A stretch of DNA of 64,000 bases from Phaeosaccion multiseriatum. Taxonomy: Eukaryota > Protista > Ochrophyta, other classes. Within the stretch, counting starts at the first letter, position 1; every line of letters begins with the position of its first letter. The stretch covers positions 5,332,001-5,396,000 of the forward strand of contig OZ218950.1 in assembly GCA_965112735.1 (NCBI GenBank). Reading direction: 5' to 3'. The position numbers and the translations under genes are program-made. The notes under the pieces are model-generated. The model searched no databases. It was not told the DNA's origin and saw nothing but the letters and a program-made list of their open reading frames with translations. Positions 13,150 through 26,928 of this stretch are shown here, piece by piece.

Positions 13150-14330
13150 GCGGTCATCACTGCGGCCCGCACTGTCGCACGACAAAACCTCGCCGACCAC
13201 GCCAAGTCGAGCGCTGCGAGGAGCCCACCATCTCACCGACCAGTCACCGCGCCGCCATGCATCCGGCAAGCACTCGTCATCAAGCAACTCCAGCTGGCAG
13301 TTGGCTGGGTCCAGGCCCCTCTGGCCTCCGCTACGCGCACCTGAAAGACATGCTTCAGGACCCAGCCCACGGCACCCACCTTCTGCTCCTCCTCGCCAGC
13401 CAGCTCACCTCGTCCGCCGGGCCCTCGGCAGCCTGCCTTCATTCCCGGGGCCGCCTCGACTCCCTCGGCGAGGAAGCACGCCCCATACCCATCAAGGAGA
13501 CGACCACCCGCCTACGACTGCACTCCACTCACGTCGGCCTCAACAAGCCCACCTACAAGGAGGAGGCACTTCTAAGCTCCACAAAGGACGCCTTCGACGG
13601 CACCGGCCTTGTCGTACCCCTCGGATTCGAGTACAACGCCGCAACCCTCCGGAGGGGTCGCGACCTCATCCACCTCTCCATCGACGGCAATCAGCCCCTT
13701 CTCACGGACCGCGGCAGTGGCTGGCGGACAGGGCGACCCTGAGCGAGGCCAGCAAGAACTTCTGCTGCGGCATTCACCCTCTGCAGAAGAAGTGGACCGA
13801 CATCGCCCGACAGGCCGGCCCCATCGCGCCGTTTTTTGCCTACCAGGACGACTTCATCCACGTATGGCGCGGCGACCTCACCGACTTCGAACCCACCCTC
13901 ACCAGCACCGGCAGACCTTCCTCCCACAATCACACGGGGGGTGGGGCGTCCTCTCCCTCGAGCACACCGCCCTGCCGGCCTACCTGGGCGCAGCGGCAGA
14001 CACCCTCCCCTCGGTCCTCACACTCGGGGTACTGTGAACCGAGGCCCAACTCACTGAGAAGGGCCCCCAACTCTGCCAGGGCCCCACGTTCCAGCACACA
14101 TTCAGCACGATTCGATCGTCCGTCGAGGACGGGAGCCTCACCCCTGCCCTTCCCCTGGGACAACCTCTCACTCACCTCGGAAGCGGACCGACAGCGACAC
14201 TTTCGACAACAGACTCGCGCACCCTCCAGAAGATCCTCGCCCCACAACGACGCGCCGCCTCGAGATTCGCTGGGGACGCTCCCCGACGACGCGACAGCGG
14301 CCGACACCGGCATGGAGTCCAGAGACATAC
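13150..14330 (+). mobile_element. Decayed non-LTR retrotransposon reverse transcriptase fragment (CRE/SLACS-like)
   Basis: Ordered RT motifs spread across frames: GPGPSGLRYAHL, ARPIPIKE, GQGDP (13727-13740), FCCGIHPL, FAYQDD (YxDD). Frameshifts and compressed motif spacing. No introns. Confidence 0.7.
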
Positions 14331-14339
14331 ACACACGTA

Positions 14340-14520
14340 ATTCTTGGGTTGATTCCTATAAGTCAATGAAGTTTGCCTGCTAGTCCGGGTGTTATTGATA
14401 TCGCAGGTGCTAGAACCCATATCCCAGGGGTCGACCAAAGGGTCGAAAGAGGCCGGATGCCGGATACCGTGTGGAGTCGAGTTCGGGACCCACCGGCCAG
14501 TAGGGCTTGCGGTGGTATCG
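14340..14520 (+). mobile_element. Possible Copia-type integrase remnant
   Basis: Frameshifted peptides WVDSYKSM and PGVIDIAGARTHIPGVDQRVE resemble the region before the catalytic E of stramenopile Copia integrases. The match is short and from memory only. Confidence 0.25.
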
Positions 14521-15088
14521 TCTGACCTGAACCTGCAACCGACGTCATCTTGGTCGCATGCTACCGGCAGGTGAGGCAGGGGGCACGTAGCACGTACTCC
14601 CCCCCCCGGGCCCTCACTACTGCGCTGTGCGCTACACGTCAACCAGCGCGCTCTTCCTCTTGCTGAGCTCTCACCTCCCTGCCACACACTGCTGGGACAT
14701 TGCTTCTCTAACTCTTCCTCTAGGAGGCCTTCCACGCTCCCAGCACGCAGGGAAGGGTAGCAAACTGTCGAGCTCACAAACCCCCGAAATAGACCTCATC
14801 GACCCTCTCTGCTCCAGACATTCTCATCTCTCGCAATTCCAATCCGAGAATCTACCGATTCATCGTGCATCTACTGCAGTCGGTTCCTTTCCAACGCAGC
14901 AGCACGGAATCGTTCTGCTCGAGCGGTTTGCGAATCGGCCACCATCCCCCCCCCCCCCCCCAATAAGCTTGTCATCTCGTCAGCCACCAGAAGCCCTTTC
15001 TGAGACACGCTTCGCAGCTTCCGCTTTCAGCTTGATCGCTACGTGACGTGAAATAGCCTTCCGGTCACAGATCGAAGTCGACGCACAC

Positions 15089-18000
15089 ATGGAGGGGGCC
15101 TATACTCTTCCAGGGGTTACTCTTGCTGGGCGCCTACTCTTCCACCTCGACACGTGCGAAAGTCGTTCTCAAATCGATATCGATATCAGCTTCCAGCTTC
15201 CAGCCCTAAGGAGAAGCGACGCGGAAAGTGTCCAGCAGAAGCTACAAGCCAACACATTCCGAACGCATGCGCCTGCTGCGGTGGCCCCTGTGAGAAGGCA
15301 ACATTTCCCCTCACGGATGCATACAACTGTAGAAAGCTTCTCTTTCTGCTTCGAGTAGACTCCTTCAAGAGAACAGTCTCTGATTTGCCATCTTCAAGCC
15401 ACAAGGCCCCTCGCATCTCACAGCGTCTCGGAAGGAAGGCGGTACAGGCGGTCACAAATCAAATCCATTTCATGTCGCCGCTGCCCACAACCGATGTTCA
15501 ACCACAACATACTCCTCCGGCTCTGCGGCTTTTCATTGTCAGCCCACGCGGCCCAATTGGAAGCCCACGCGGAGGCAAGACAGCCCCCCCCAAAGGGTGG
15601 GAAAGCGCCCTCCACCGACAATGAGTGCCTTGCCGTTGAGTGCAATTGTCAGGGGCGATCGATTGCCTGTCCTCCCTGTGTGGCTTTGCGTTCCCAAGTA
15701 CTCTCCCATTCGGCGCCTATGACGGTCATGGAGAGCGAGACAGCTGGTCAGAGAGGTTAATGAAAGATACGGTTGGCCTTTCCAGCTGCCTTCAAGCGAA
15801 GCTACTCACAAGCGTTGAGCGGGACGAGGAATACAGACACGAAGACGGCCGCCAGCAGGAGGAAGCAGACGAAGGCCAGGCCGATGTGTTCGGCAGAACC
15901 GATTTCTCTCAAAGCCGAGTCCACCAAAGACAAGAGAGGAGAAGCAGGGAAGAAGTAGCCCGCCAGGAAGATGAGCAGGCAGGCTCTGATGGGAATCATA
16001 TGCTTGTCAGCATCAAGGGATATCAAGGCGAAAGGGTCCCTCGTTGACATACGGACCAATTGGTACTTCACACCATCCCACAAACATGCAATAACAAGCG
16101 AAACATGGTCCTCCACGGTCAGCGCCGAGGACGCGGGGCAGACAGGGCGGATGGTCCGGCAGAGGGGACGCTCACCCTGAATGGTAGGTTTCTGGTTTGT
16201 TCTCCAACACCAAATTATCCCCTTCCAACCCTCCCACCTCTCCCCCTCTTCCCTCGTCTCCTCCTTTCTGCTCCTTTCGGTTCTCAGTTCTGGAAGGCGC
16301 TGACTTGCTGGCCGGAATTCCCGTATCAGCAGCCCCCAAGGCGAAAGTAGGACTGAGTCGTCTCTTCGCCGCAAACTCGGCCAGTGCCAAGGGCGGCCTT
16401 GTGCAATGCGGCGCTCTCCACGTGAGCGCCAAATTACTCGTCGCTGGAGAGGGCGACAGCGGGCGAGCCAGTGCGAATACTGGGACGAAGATCGTCGAGG
16501 TGAGGAGCTCCTCATTCGCGCTTTGCGTGGCCCCACAAAGGTACAAGTCCCTTAAATCTCTGTTTCTCGCCGCCCCCCCCCCTCCCACTTCTTGCTCAGG
16601 CGACTGATCCAAGACAGAGCGCTGTATGGAACGAGGAATTCTTATTTGACGGGGTGGCCACTTTCATGAACATGAGGATTGAGGTGTTTGACAAGTTTAA
16701 TGTTGTTGGAGAGGAGACGTGCTCTGCTGGTTGGGTCTTGGTGCCCGTGAGTAGGCTTCCCAAAGACGAGCCTGTGGAGCAGTGGTATCAGCTCAAGCCG
16801 CCAATCGGGAGCGACCAGACGCTAATCAAAACTGCAGTGCGTCTGCGGCTTTGCTTCAGGGCGGCCAATAAGGTGGCCTCTAAGGGGCGGCGGCTGACTG
16901 CGAGCTTGTCTCCCAACCCCCCTGCAGACCGGTCCATGAGTGCAGGAAGAAGAGACAGCAGCGGCCGACTCGTGCTCTCGAGCCCTCCCCGCCAGGAGCG
17001 TGGGCTCGACAAGACGGATGATCACTTGGCAGGCATGACCAAGGGGGGAGGGGGGGGGGGAGCGCAGGACGATGGCGATGGTAATAGGGATGAGGACAGA
17101 GAGGACGACAAAGGTGATGTACCCAGCCCATTACGCCAGCTGAGCTACGGATTCCGCAATGTCGAGGGGGCCTTTGAAGGAGCGTTGGACGATGGAGTGG
17201 ACTTGCAAGCGGGAGCAGGTGAGTGAGCGAGTCCTTGGCGCGATGCTTCTCTTCTCTTCTCACCATGCCCTTGGCTGACTCGACAGAGGCCCTTCCGAAT
17301 CAATCGAAAACAGGCATGCACACGAAGGACATGGCAGGGTGGAATGGGATGTACAGTAGAGAGCTTATCGGGGACATGGAAGCTCTTGTCAAGGAGGCGC
17401 TGCCGCAAGGTATGTAAGGGCCTGCGAAAGAAGCAAGATAGTGCTGCTCTATCCACATTTGCGTGTTGCTTAACGCATGTCATGCGTGTCGTCGTGTGCG
17501 TAAAGGTCTGGTGGATTATTTCCTCGTCATTGGGCCTGCCCTTAATGAGCAGGGGGGCTTCCAGCTGGCCAATTGCTACGAAGGGTACGGCTTGAACTCC
17601 AACATGATGTCCGACCCCGCCCTGGAAGAGGAGGTCATGGCCGCCTGGCGGGCAGAGGGACCGGGGGGGCCGGGCCTCCCACCAGTCACGCAGCTCGAGG
17701 TGGAGTGCGGCATTTTGGAGAGCTTCCCAAAGGAGGAGCGGGTACGTCACACACACACGCACACACACATGGACATTGGACTCTCGTTCGCATATCTGTT
17801 GTTAGTCCTGACAGGGCTGTGGCCTGTGGAAAGCGCTGCGCCTTCTTATTGCTCCTCCATACAATTTGTCCACTGCAGAATGCCGAGCAGCCCATCCCTG
17901 ATATGGTAGAGTGGTTCTGCTTCCCGGGGGGATGCTTCCTCGTGTCGAGCCCGGTTTGTCCACGTCCTAGCGTGAGCTCATATGTGCGCATCAACGCTGG

Positions 18001-20285
18001 AGTCCGAAGCTATGGCGTTACGCTGACCTTCTTCACCAAGGCGTTTCTCGTCCAAAGCAAAGGGGGCGAGTCATCGGGGGTGGGCAGTAGAAGTAGCAGC
18101 ATCAGCAGCAACAGTGGTAGCGAACCAGACGCTACGCCTGGAGATGATGAGCAGCAGGAGAAGGATACCCACTTCCTATGGGTGCCCACGTGCCTGTGCG
18201 TCCTCACTCACATCCCCGTCATCGAGGAGCTTGTGGAGTGGCTCGAGGTGCGTGCTCTTGTGTGCCTGTGTCTGTGCCTCTCTTTCTCTCTCGAGAGGTT
18301 GGTGGTGGGTGCGGGCTCCCCCACGACTCTCTCTCTCTCTCACCCGAAATACACCCCAATGGCCCAACGCGACCCATGATGTCCGTCCCCCATCACCATC
18401 AGGGCTTTTTTTTGTTCTTGACAAAGGAGGGTGCGAATGCCGGAGCTGGTGGCGCCAGTGACAGGAGTAGCAAGGAGCTCGCGAGTCGACAAGCTAGTCT
18501 GGACGCTGCTGTATTTCAACTCACGATGGAGGTTCCGCTGCCAGGTATGATACACGACACGACCCTATCCATCCATCCATCCATCCACCCATCCATCGTA
18601 GAGTTTGGGAGTTGGAAATAGCTCTCCCACCGCCCTGACGAGCCCGCCCCTCCGTCCCGCCACCCCCCACGCTGCCCACGTGGCACCTCTCAGTCCCCGG
18701 AGTGTGCAGCATGACCATACAATGCTTCGAGCATTATCCTCCGGCCCAAAGGCGCTTGGCATTCCGTCTCCCCGGAGTGTCGTCACTCCCTGGCCTGAGT
18801 TTCAGCCTGTACACTCTCCTTCGCTCCCTGCGACCTCGAGGGGTGGTGGACCTCTTGTCGGCAGCTATGCAGGAATCGCCCATCATCCTACACTCCAGCA
18901 ACATGGCCATGCTCGCCCCGGTAGCCGAGGGTTTGTTTGGCTTGCTGTACCCTCTGCAGTGGCCGTTTCTATACGTGCCCATTCTGCCGCGATTCTTTCT
19001 CAACAATGTCGTGGAGTCGCCGCAGCCCTTTATCATTGGCGTACATACTCACTGGCTGGTAAGTCAACGGAAGTGAAGAGGTTGGTGGGGTCTCTTTGCT
19101 GCTCTCCCCCCCACCACATAAACACACGCACGCCTCGCCTCCTCTTACCACACCTCTTGCATTTTTTGTCTCCCCTGCGCGTGCGTGTGTGTGTGCGCGT
19201 GTGCTGTCGGCATAGGCGGACGTTCCTCAAAGCACCATGGACAGGCTGGTGCTCGTGGACCTCGACTCCGGCTTCATCTCTGGCCTCGAATTCTGTCCAC
19301 TGCCACGAGACATCAGTCGAAGATTGGTCAAGGTAGGTGCAGCAGCATGACAAGCAGCACTCAGTTTTCGCCTCAAGACTCTCACGGCACTGAAATCTCT
19401 CTCTGTGGTGTGCCAGGTGATGCAAGAAATGATGTGTGGCGCCGCTCGCTTCTCGAGCCCCCTGCCCATGAGCGCTCTCGCCAGGACTGCAAAGGCGAAG
19501 GGCCCCGCCTCTCTGTCCATGAACTCCTTCTCCTCCGCTGTGGGGGGAGGAGGGGGGAGCAACGCCCCGGGCAGTACGTCGCCTCAAGTGCTGTCAGCCA
19601 CTCTGGCTGCCACTGTAGGCGAAGACGCATTTAACTCGCGCAGCAGTGGAGCGCTCACGCTGGAGGGAGGAGGAGGAGGAGGGGGGGGGCAGCAGCAGAA
19701 GAAGGGGGGAGGCGAAGCTCGGAGAGGACTGTCAGCGACGCAGCTGAAGAAGCGAGAGCGGAGACGGCAGGAGCACGACCTGAGGATGGTGTTTGTGGAG
19801 GCAATGGCGGAAATGTTCCTCGGGTACACGGAATGTCTTTTCTTTGTGGACGCCAAGAGGCCCATCTTCAACTCGCAGCGCTTCCTTCAAGACTTCTGCA
19901 AGGAGACGTACGTGCCCTTCCTAAGCCACGTCATTGACACCATGGCGTTCCAGGTGAGAGCTGTAGCGATTGTGTGGTGGAGACCCGGACCTCTTTGTCT
20001 ACATAGTCAAGTTGTTGACCTGTCCCTCCCTCCAACGCCCTGCAATCAATCACCATGACCGTCCCCCCCCCCCTCCAACAGTTTCTCATGGAGAATCAAG
20101 ACGCCCCGTCACTGGCGACTTTCCATCGCATTCTTGAGAGAACGCGACGAGAAGCGTACAAGAGGAACGACGCGAGTAGTGGCGTCAGCCGACGGCGATC
20201 TGTTGCACTTTCGCTGTCCACAACAACTAACGGGTACGTACAAAGAAGCGGGGCCGGAACCCTCTTTCTCAAGCACCTTGAGTCC

Positions 20286-20333
<48 letters not shown>

Positions 20334-23300
20334 GCGCCTCGCTTTCTGCGTCTGTATATCCCGTGCAATGCAATGCCATTGGACAAGGCGGGGGGGAGAG
20401 GGGAAAGGGGGGAGGAAACAAATTGCGCATGGCGCCCTTTAGTTTTGACAACGGCACTGATGGATTTTCCGACACAAAATCTCTCCCCTAGCAGGTCAGA
20501 CAATCAGGAGGGGGAGGACAACAACGAGGATGGTTCAGGCAGCAGCGACGTCACTTTTGAGCTACCTGGGGTAGTGCCGGCGGATGACAAGACACCTTTG
20601 GCTAGAGGAAGTGCGGGAGGATTTGGACTCCGCAAGAGCACGAGCGGGGACGATGCCGCCCAAGAGAACGTGGAGGATGAAGGGACCGCCTCACCACACG
20701 CATCACATGCACCAAACCCCGGCGCGCAAGAGCCTGAGGGCGATGCTGCCGGAGGAGGGGCGGTACCAGAAGAAGCGGTGAGAGAGCATGCGAGTGGAAG
20801 CGGGGCGGGCGCGGTCAGCGCCAATGTCGGCACTTCCCCGAGGAGAGGTAGCGGAGAGGTGGGCGAGTCGCCCGACTCCTGGGCCGCGCTTACCGCCAAT
20901 AGTAAAGCAGCAGTAGCGGCAGCGGAGCGGAGAGGTGCCGTGGGCGTGCACATGTCTCGCACTAAGACAGTCTGCGACGAGCAAAGGCTGCTCGTTGCCT
21001 CGGGCGGCACCATGAGGAGACGACCCCTCGGCGCAAGCGCAGGGCTTCGACCGAGTGTCAGGTGAGAGTGAGGAGTGGAATGAACGTCAGGCCCCTTCTT
21101 TAGTGTGTTCATTATAGTACTAGTACTAGTTCTGGAGTAGACTGAAAAGATGTCCCTGACTGTTCCCTTCCCATCCCTTCTTCTGCCTCTCTTCTCTTTG
21201 CAGTGAATTGCCCGTTGGCTCGTCGGTGTCTCCCCGCGGCTCATCAGGGGCCGGGGCAGCAGTTGTTGCCTCTCCTTTGAACCTCACAAACAGCAGAAGC
21301 AGCGGAAGTGAAGCGAGCAGGATGATTTCCCCGAGAATGGCCGGGCGCCCTGTCTCCCCAACTTTCCCACAGGGCTCGAAGAGGACGGACCGCAAGGAGT
21401 ACCTCGAAGCTCTCCATCGCTGTGTGTTCGTGCCCCTGGAAACAGTCGGCTGGGCATATGAGCCTTTGCTTAGTGGAGAAGACTGGGACATGCCTGCCCC
21501 CCGGAGATGGACCTTGGCCGACGTTGGCGCAGCAGTGGGGCAGGATCTGGGGCTGGAGCTGACCAAGCAGACCAAGCAGATTGCTCAGCGGAAGGGCAAA
21601 GGGGCGGCGCAGGAAGCGGGGCTGTCGATTCGATCATTCATTGACGTGAGCATGGTCACGCAAGCCGGGCAGTATGGGGACGAGAGTGACATTCACGACG
21701 AGGACCTGACGCGCCTTGCCAAGTGCATTGAGGCCGTTTTCTCGGGAGATAGGGCGCCGGAGCAGCAGATTGTGGCGGTGGAGAGGTCGCTGCGAGAGAA
21801 TGAGGTACGTGGCGGGGCGGAGCAGGGCAGAGCAGGCCAGGAAGGGGCAGGGAGGGGCGAGACGGGCGGTGTGCAACAGCAAGAAGACATTCGTGCTTGT
21901 CATGGCAAGTGATTTGATCACACAATAATTGCACCACCCTTGGATACCTACCTACCAACCTACCTACCTACCTACCTACCTACGTACCTTATTCACTACG
22001 CACCCACCTACCCACCTACATATCTGCCTGCCATCCTTCCTACCTTCCTACTTACCCACCTACCCACCTACCTACCTTTCTACCCATCTACTATCTTGTC
22101 TATGTTCCATCACCCCAGGCTGTGCAGCGCCGCTTCCTCAAGATGCTTCGCCAAGCCGGCAAGGGTGGGATGGGGCGCTCCACGGGCCCCATCCGACTGC
22201 CTGGGCCGGCCTTTGACACCGTGGCCAGCTTCAGCTACACGCTCCTTTGCGTGTGCGTGGAGAAGAGCGACTTCGACACTGCACACAGCTTGCTGCAGGT
22301 GCTGCAGAGGGGGGAAGGGGGGGACGGGGAAGGAGGGAGGTGGAGGGGGGAGGAGGGAAAGTGGCGGAGGGTGGGGACTCTCTACTGTGTTTGAGTATGT
22401 ATCACTCGGGGTACATGCGTGCACCGTTCCTTCTACTCTTCGGATGCGGTCACATCCTTGCGTATGCGGTGCCTCCATTTACCCTCTGACCCTTGGACCC
22501 CTTTGACTCTATGAGCAGTTGACCGGAGCCTTCTGCCAATTGCATGAAGTGGACGATGACGGGGAGGACGGAGAGGCGGACGAAGGTGGGGGCTACTTCT
22601 GTGAATACCTCAGCGGGAGGATACGGAGGCACTCTATCTTTGTGGACATGAGCTTCTGGAGACACCTACTCAAGCACAACGTCGAATCGGACGCCAAAAG
22701 GGTTCAGGTCAGTCAGTCAAGTCAGTCACGCCAAGAGGGGCGGCGACCAAAATCGCGAGCTACGCTATACTTGACGCCCCCCCCCCGGGAACTTACAGCA
22801 TGTGTAGATTGAAGCAGAGGAGGGCGTGTATGGGAAGATAATGTGATTTTGCGATTCCTATCGGCCGGGCGGTGAGTCTCCACGCACCTTCTGTTCCCTC
22901 TCGTGTGCTGATCCTCCCCCCTCCCCTCCTCTCAGCTTGCCCTGGACAAGTCTCGGAAGGGAAAGGACCTCTCCCCGTCAGAGCCCTTCCAACACGACGC
23001 AAGCGGTCAGCCTGTCGACGACGGCAGCGGGAGCCTCAGGCAGAGGGGGAAGGCGTATCGGACGGAGGAGATGAGGAGGAGAAGCATGGTGCCCACAACG
23101 CCCGGAGGTGAGGGCAAGGTGGTTAGCTCAGTTCATCCGTGCGGAGGACTATAGGGGTGGAGGGGCGTTGACTTGTTATTGGCCACGCGGGGAGGTTTTT
23201 AAAGCTTTTTCCTCTATTTTTCTTGCTTGCTCTCTGCTTTCACTTCGTTTTTCATGATTTACATGCGGCAGAGCCCATGACTGACGCGGAGGAGGGGGAG

Positions 23301-26300
23301 AGGGCCGGCGAGGAACTCGCCGAAGGGATGGAGGAAGGAGACGCCTCACTCGCGCTGCCGCCCTTCGACGACACCCCGCGAAGACAGAGCCAGGACCGAG
23401 ACCGGGGGGCGTCAGACCAGGCCGTCAGAGAGCGAGAGGCCAAGGAAGAGGCAGAGGTGCAAGCAGAGCTCGTCTTCAGACAGGTGGGTACATTCGAGTC
23501 GACAAGTTGAAGTTGAAGTTGGCAGCAAGCTTTGAACTGTCCTCTGCCTTTGTCCTTTACATCCTCTCACCCCTCCCCTCCCCCGGCTTGTTGGCATCAA
23601 TCAGGCCAAGATTTTGCTGCATGAGATGTTCGCGATTGGGATGGGCGCTTCGAGCGCTCTTGCCTTTGTGGAGGACGCTACGGACATCATGGCCCTGCCC
23701 AGGCCCAAGCAGCTCAAGCTCCAGGTATATAGAGGCAAAGAGAGGAGGGGGGCTGACCCTGACCACCCATCGCAACCGCAGCGAGTGGACAGAAGGGGGG
23801 TGGAGTGGAGACAACTCCAGCGCTGTGTTGTGCTAAATCGAAATCAACCCTTATAATCCTCCTCCCTCCACACAGGCCATTGTGAACATGATCTGGGAGA
23901 TGACCCCCAACCCCCGGGACATGGCGGACGAGGCGGGCGGGGGCAAGGCTCCTTCTTCTCCAGGGGTGCTAGGCCGTCGCACGCACGCCTTCGATGCCGG
24001 GGGGGGGGACAACAGCTCCAGCAAGCGGTTGTCGCCGCGTCGGCAGGGAAGGTTAGTAAGTCATTTGACACTGCTTGACACAGCTCACTGCCTGGGTCAA
24101 GGGAAGGAAAGGGACCGCACGGGGGGAGCTGCGATGGAAGTCCTCTCCCCGCCGCAGCTGTGCAGAGGGTTATTTTTTCTCTGTTTGTCTCAGCTTACAT
24201 CTCTGTCTCTCTCATGTCTTGCCCTGACCTACTCTGCTACCCTACCCTTGCGCTGGCAGTGAGCAAGCTGCCCTGTCGCCCTCCAAGATGTTCCAGAGCA
24301 CCATCCAAGCTCCGCCAAACAAAGGTGCTGTCCGTCCCGTGCCACGTAGAGGCGAACGACTCTCTTCGCCAATGCCTCCTCTTGGTCTGCGTGTGGGATG
24401 GGGGCCTTCCGTCGTCTCCCCTCCCCCCTCCGGCTCTTTCTGTGTGTGGGTTGCGCTTTTCGATTTTATGACATCTCTCTTGCTGTTTGCCCCTCTGCCA
24501 GGTGACGCCCCCACGACTCCTACTGGTCGGCTTCGCTCCTCCCCAGATGGTACGTCACCGTTAACGATCATGCTCCGGGCTGACTTGCTTTCCTTTGCTT
24601 TTTGTGTAACAGATGGAGAAAGAGAGACAATGAAAAATACTGACCATTCTCCTCTGCCTTGTCTCCAAATGCCAATACCCACATGTCTTGCCTGGCTGGT
24701 ACAAATGATGCAATCCTTCCCGCCCCCTCTCTTCCTTCGCCAGGCAAAAACGCGGGGGACCAATCCGGAGCGGCGGCCGCGCTCCAACAGAGGCGACTTT
24801 CTCCCCCTCGACTCGTGCGTACTGGAGTGCGTACTGCTGGGGCGCGGAATGGTAAGTGGTGGTGTCTTGTTTCGCGCTTCGCAGTAGAAAGGCGTTCGGC
24901 TCTTGCCCCGTTAACCGCAAGGGTCGGCAAAGACAGAGATGGCAATCCCCCCCCTCTCCCGAATGATTTTGAGGATGCTAAGAGGATTGCTTGTTGCTGT
25001 CGTTGCGTGCTGCCGCAATGCTCTCTCTGTTTGTTGGCGCTGGATAGGCTCCCCTGTGCCAAGCGGAGGCGAGGACCACAACTTCTCGGGGCCCGTGCTG
25101 GCAATGTCGGCCACCCCCACTCGCCTCGCCACCGCCTCGGCAGACGGCTCCATCGGCATCTTTGAGCTCAGCTCAGGGGCCAAGATCGTGCAGGTGCGAT
25201 GTGTGGAGTGTGTGCGGACTTGTGCGGAACGGTGGGGCAGGCCTGTCCTCTGCTGTGCGGTGCTTGCTTAGGCAAAGTGTAGATCGAAGCTTGCGGTGCC
25301 ATCCTTGTGCTGGTTTGTTGTCTCGCATTTTGTGTGGCCCCTGCCGGCCGCCTTGCCCTCTCTTCTCTGATGTTCACGCGGTGCGGTGGGGTGCCTGTCC
25401 GCTCCCCTCTCGCAGCTGCTGGGCCACACTCGACCCGTGACGCAAGTGTACTGCGGGGACGACTGGGTGCTCTCGGGCTCCACGGACGGGAGCATTCGAA
25501 TGTGGAGTTTGCCTCCTCAAAGGTGAGTCACTGTCCCTGCCGCAAGAAAAAACAGCCGAAATTATCAATTCCTTCGAGGAGAAGTAAACCTAGAGATTCC
25601 TGCTCTTCCTTTCCCTCGTGGTGTGACTCTCAGCGCCCTTGACGGCAATCGCCGTGGCTTCATGTCGCTCCTTGGGGGCTCCAGCTCTTCTTCCCTCAGC
25701 AAGGCACAGAGCGGATTTCCGCTCGCTGCGGTGACGAAAAGCAGAGTCATGCCGGGAGGGCACGACGGAGCAGTCACAGGGCTCACGGTGTTGCCTGCAG
25801 ATGCGTCGGGCGACCACAGCGCTGTGGCCATCAGTGCGGGGCTCGACAACAAAGTGCGGCTGTGGAGTATGGACGATTGCCGCTGCAAGGTCATCTTCAC
25901 GGGGCACGAGAAGCCGGTGCGGACTACGTACACGTCACACGGCACACGTCTCCGTCCGTCCTAGGACTTACGAGCTTCTGCTGCTTGCAATTTCCGATCC
26001 CCACGCCACACTACCCTCCCCTCCCCGCCCTCTGTTAGATCAATACCGTGACTGCCCGAGAGAATGGGGAGCAGCGACAAATGCTGAGCGGTTCCGACGA
26101 CCACACCGTCCGTCTGTGGGACGTGAACGAAATGACTGGCTGCAAGGCTCTGCGCAAGTTCGTGGGCCACGAGCAGGCGGTGACCGTCGTGCACTTCCTC
26201 GAGCCGAGCAGGTTTACGAGTGTGAGCGGCAGCAACGATCGCACCCTCCGGCTGTGGGACAGTCGGCACAAGGGAGCCGTGGCCGTGCTCACTGGCCACG

Positions 26301-26858
26301 TAGGGCCCATCACGTGCGCACTCATTGGGCGCAGGGACAAGACCATGCTCGTGTCTGGCGCCGCCGACAAGACGGCCATGGTGTGGGACCTTCGCTCGAC
26401 GGTACGAAGTGCTGGTCGGTCTGTGTATACATTGTCTCTCGCCTTGAGGTGCTTTGCTTTTGCGACTGACCCTTCGTTTGCTCCCTCCTCCTCACCCCCC
26501 AACCCGCCCTCGGATTACGCGACTCATCACGAAGGGGTCTGGACCGGTCCACGTGCTGGCGGGCCATTCGGACCGCGTGACTTGCGTGCAGGAGGTCAAC
26601 TCTAAGAACATCATGACCGCGTCCGAGGACTCCAAGGTCATCGAGTGGGACCCCAGCACCGGCGTGTGCCTCGCAGCGCACCGTGACCACTCGCAAGGCG
26701 TGACGTGCAGCGCCGTCAACGATGAGGTGCTTGCCACCGGGGCGTGGGACGGGAGCGTCCTACTCTGGGGTAGAAAACGAGGCAAAACCTCAGTAGGGAA
26801 AGGAATAGGGAGGACCGCTAAGACACTCTCGCACACTCACACTCTCCAAAAAACATAA
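15089..26858 (+). CDS. Large C2-domain + DENN-domain + WD40-repeat protein (Rab GEF, SCD1-like architecture), many exons
   Basis: C2: AVWNEEFLF..MRIEVFDKF..EQWYQL. uDENN: GLVDYFLVIG, VEWFCFPGG, SYGVTLTF. cDENN: MQESPIILHS, GLLYPLQWPFLYVPILP, VESPQPFIIGV, LVLVDLD. dDENN: FVEAMAEMFLGY..FNSQRFL..IDTMAFQQF. C-terminal WD40s: GSDDHTVRLWD, GSNDRTLRLWD, TGAWDGSVLLW. Start codon uncertain. Confidence 0.85.
20287..20332. repeat. (AGT)n microsatellite at an intron 5' end
   Basis: Perfect agtagtagt run. Confidence 0.9.
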
Positions 26859-26928
26859 TTGAACCAAGCGTGAACAAATGAATCCACTCATTAAAATTAA
26901 TTCATTGAGGGCGCTTCCGTGGTGTTTC

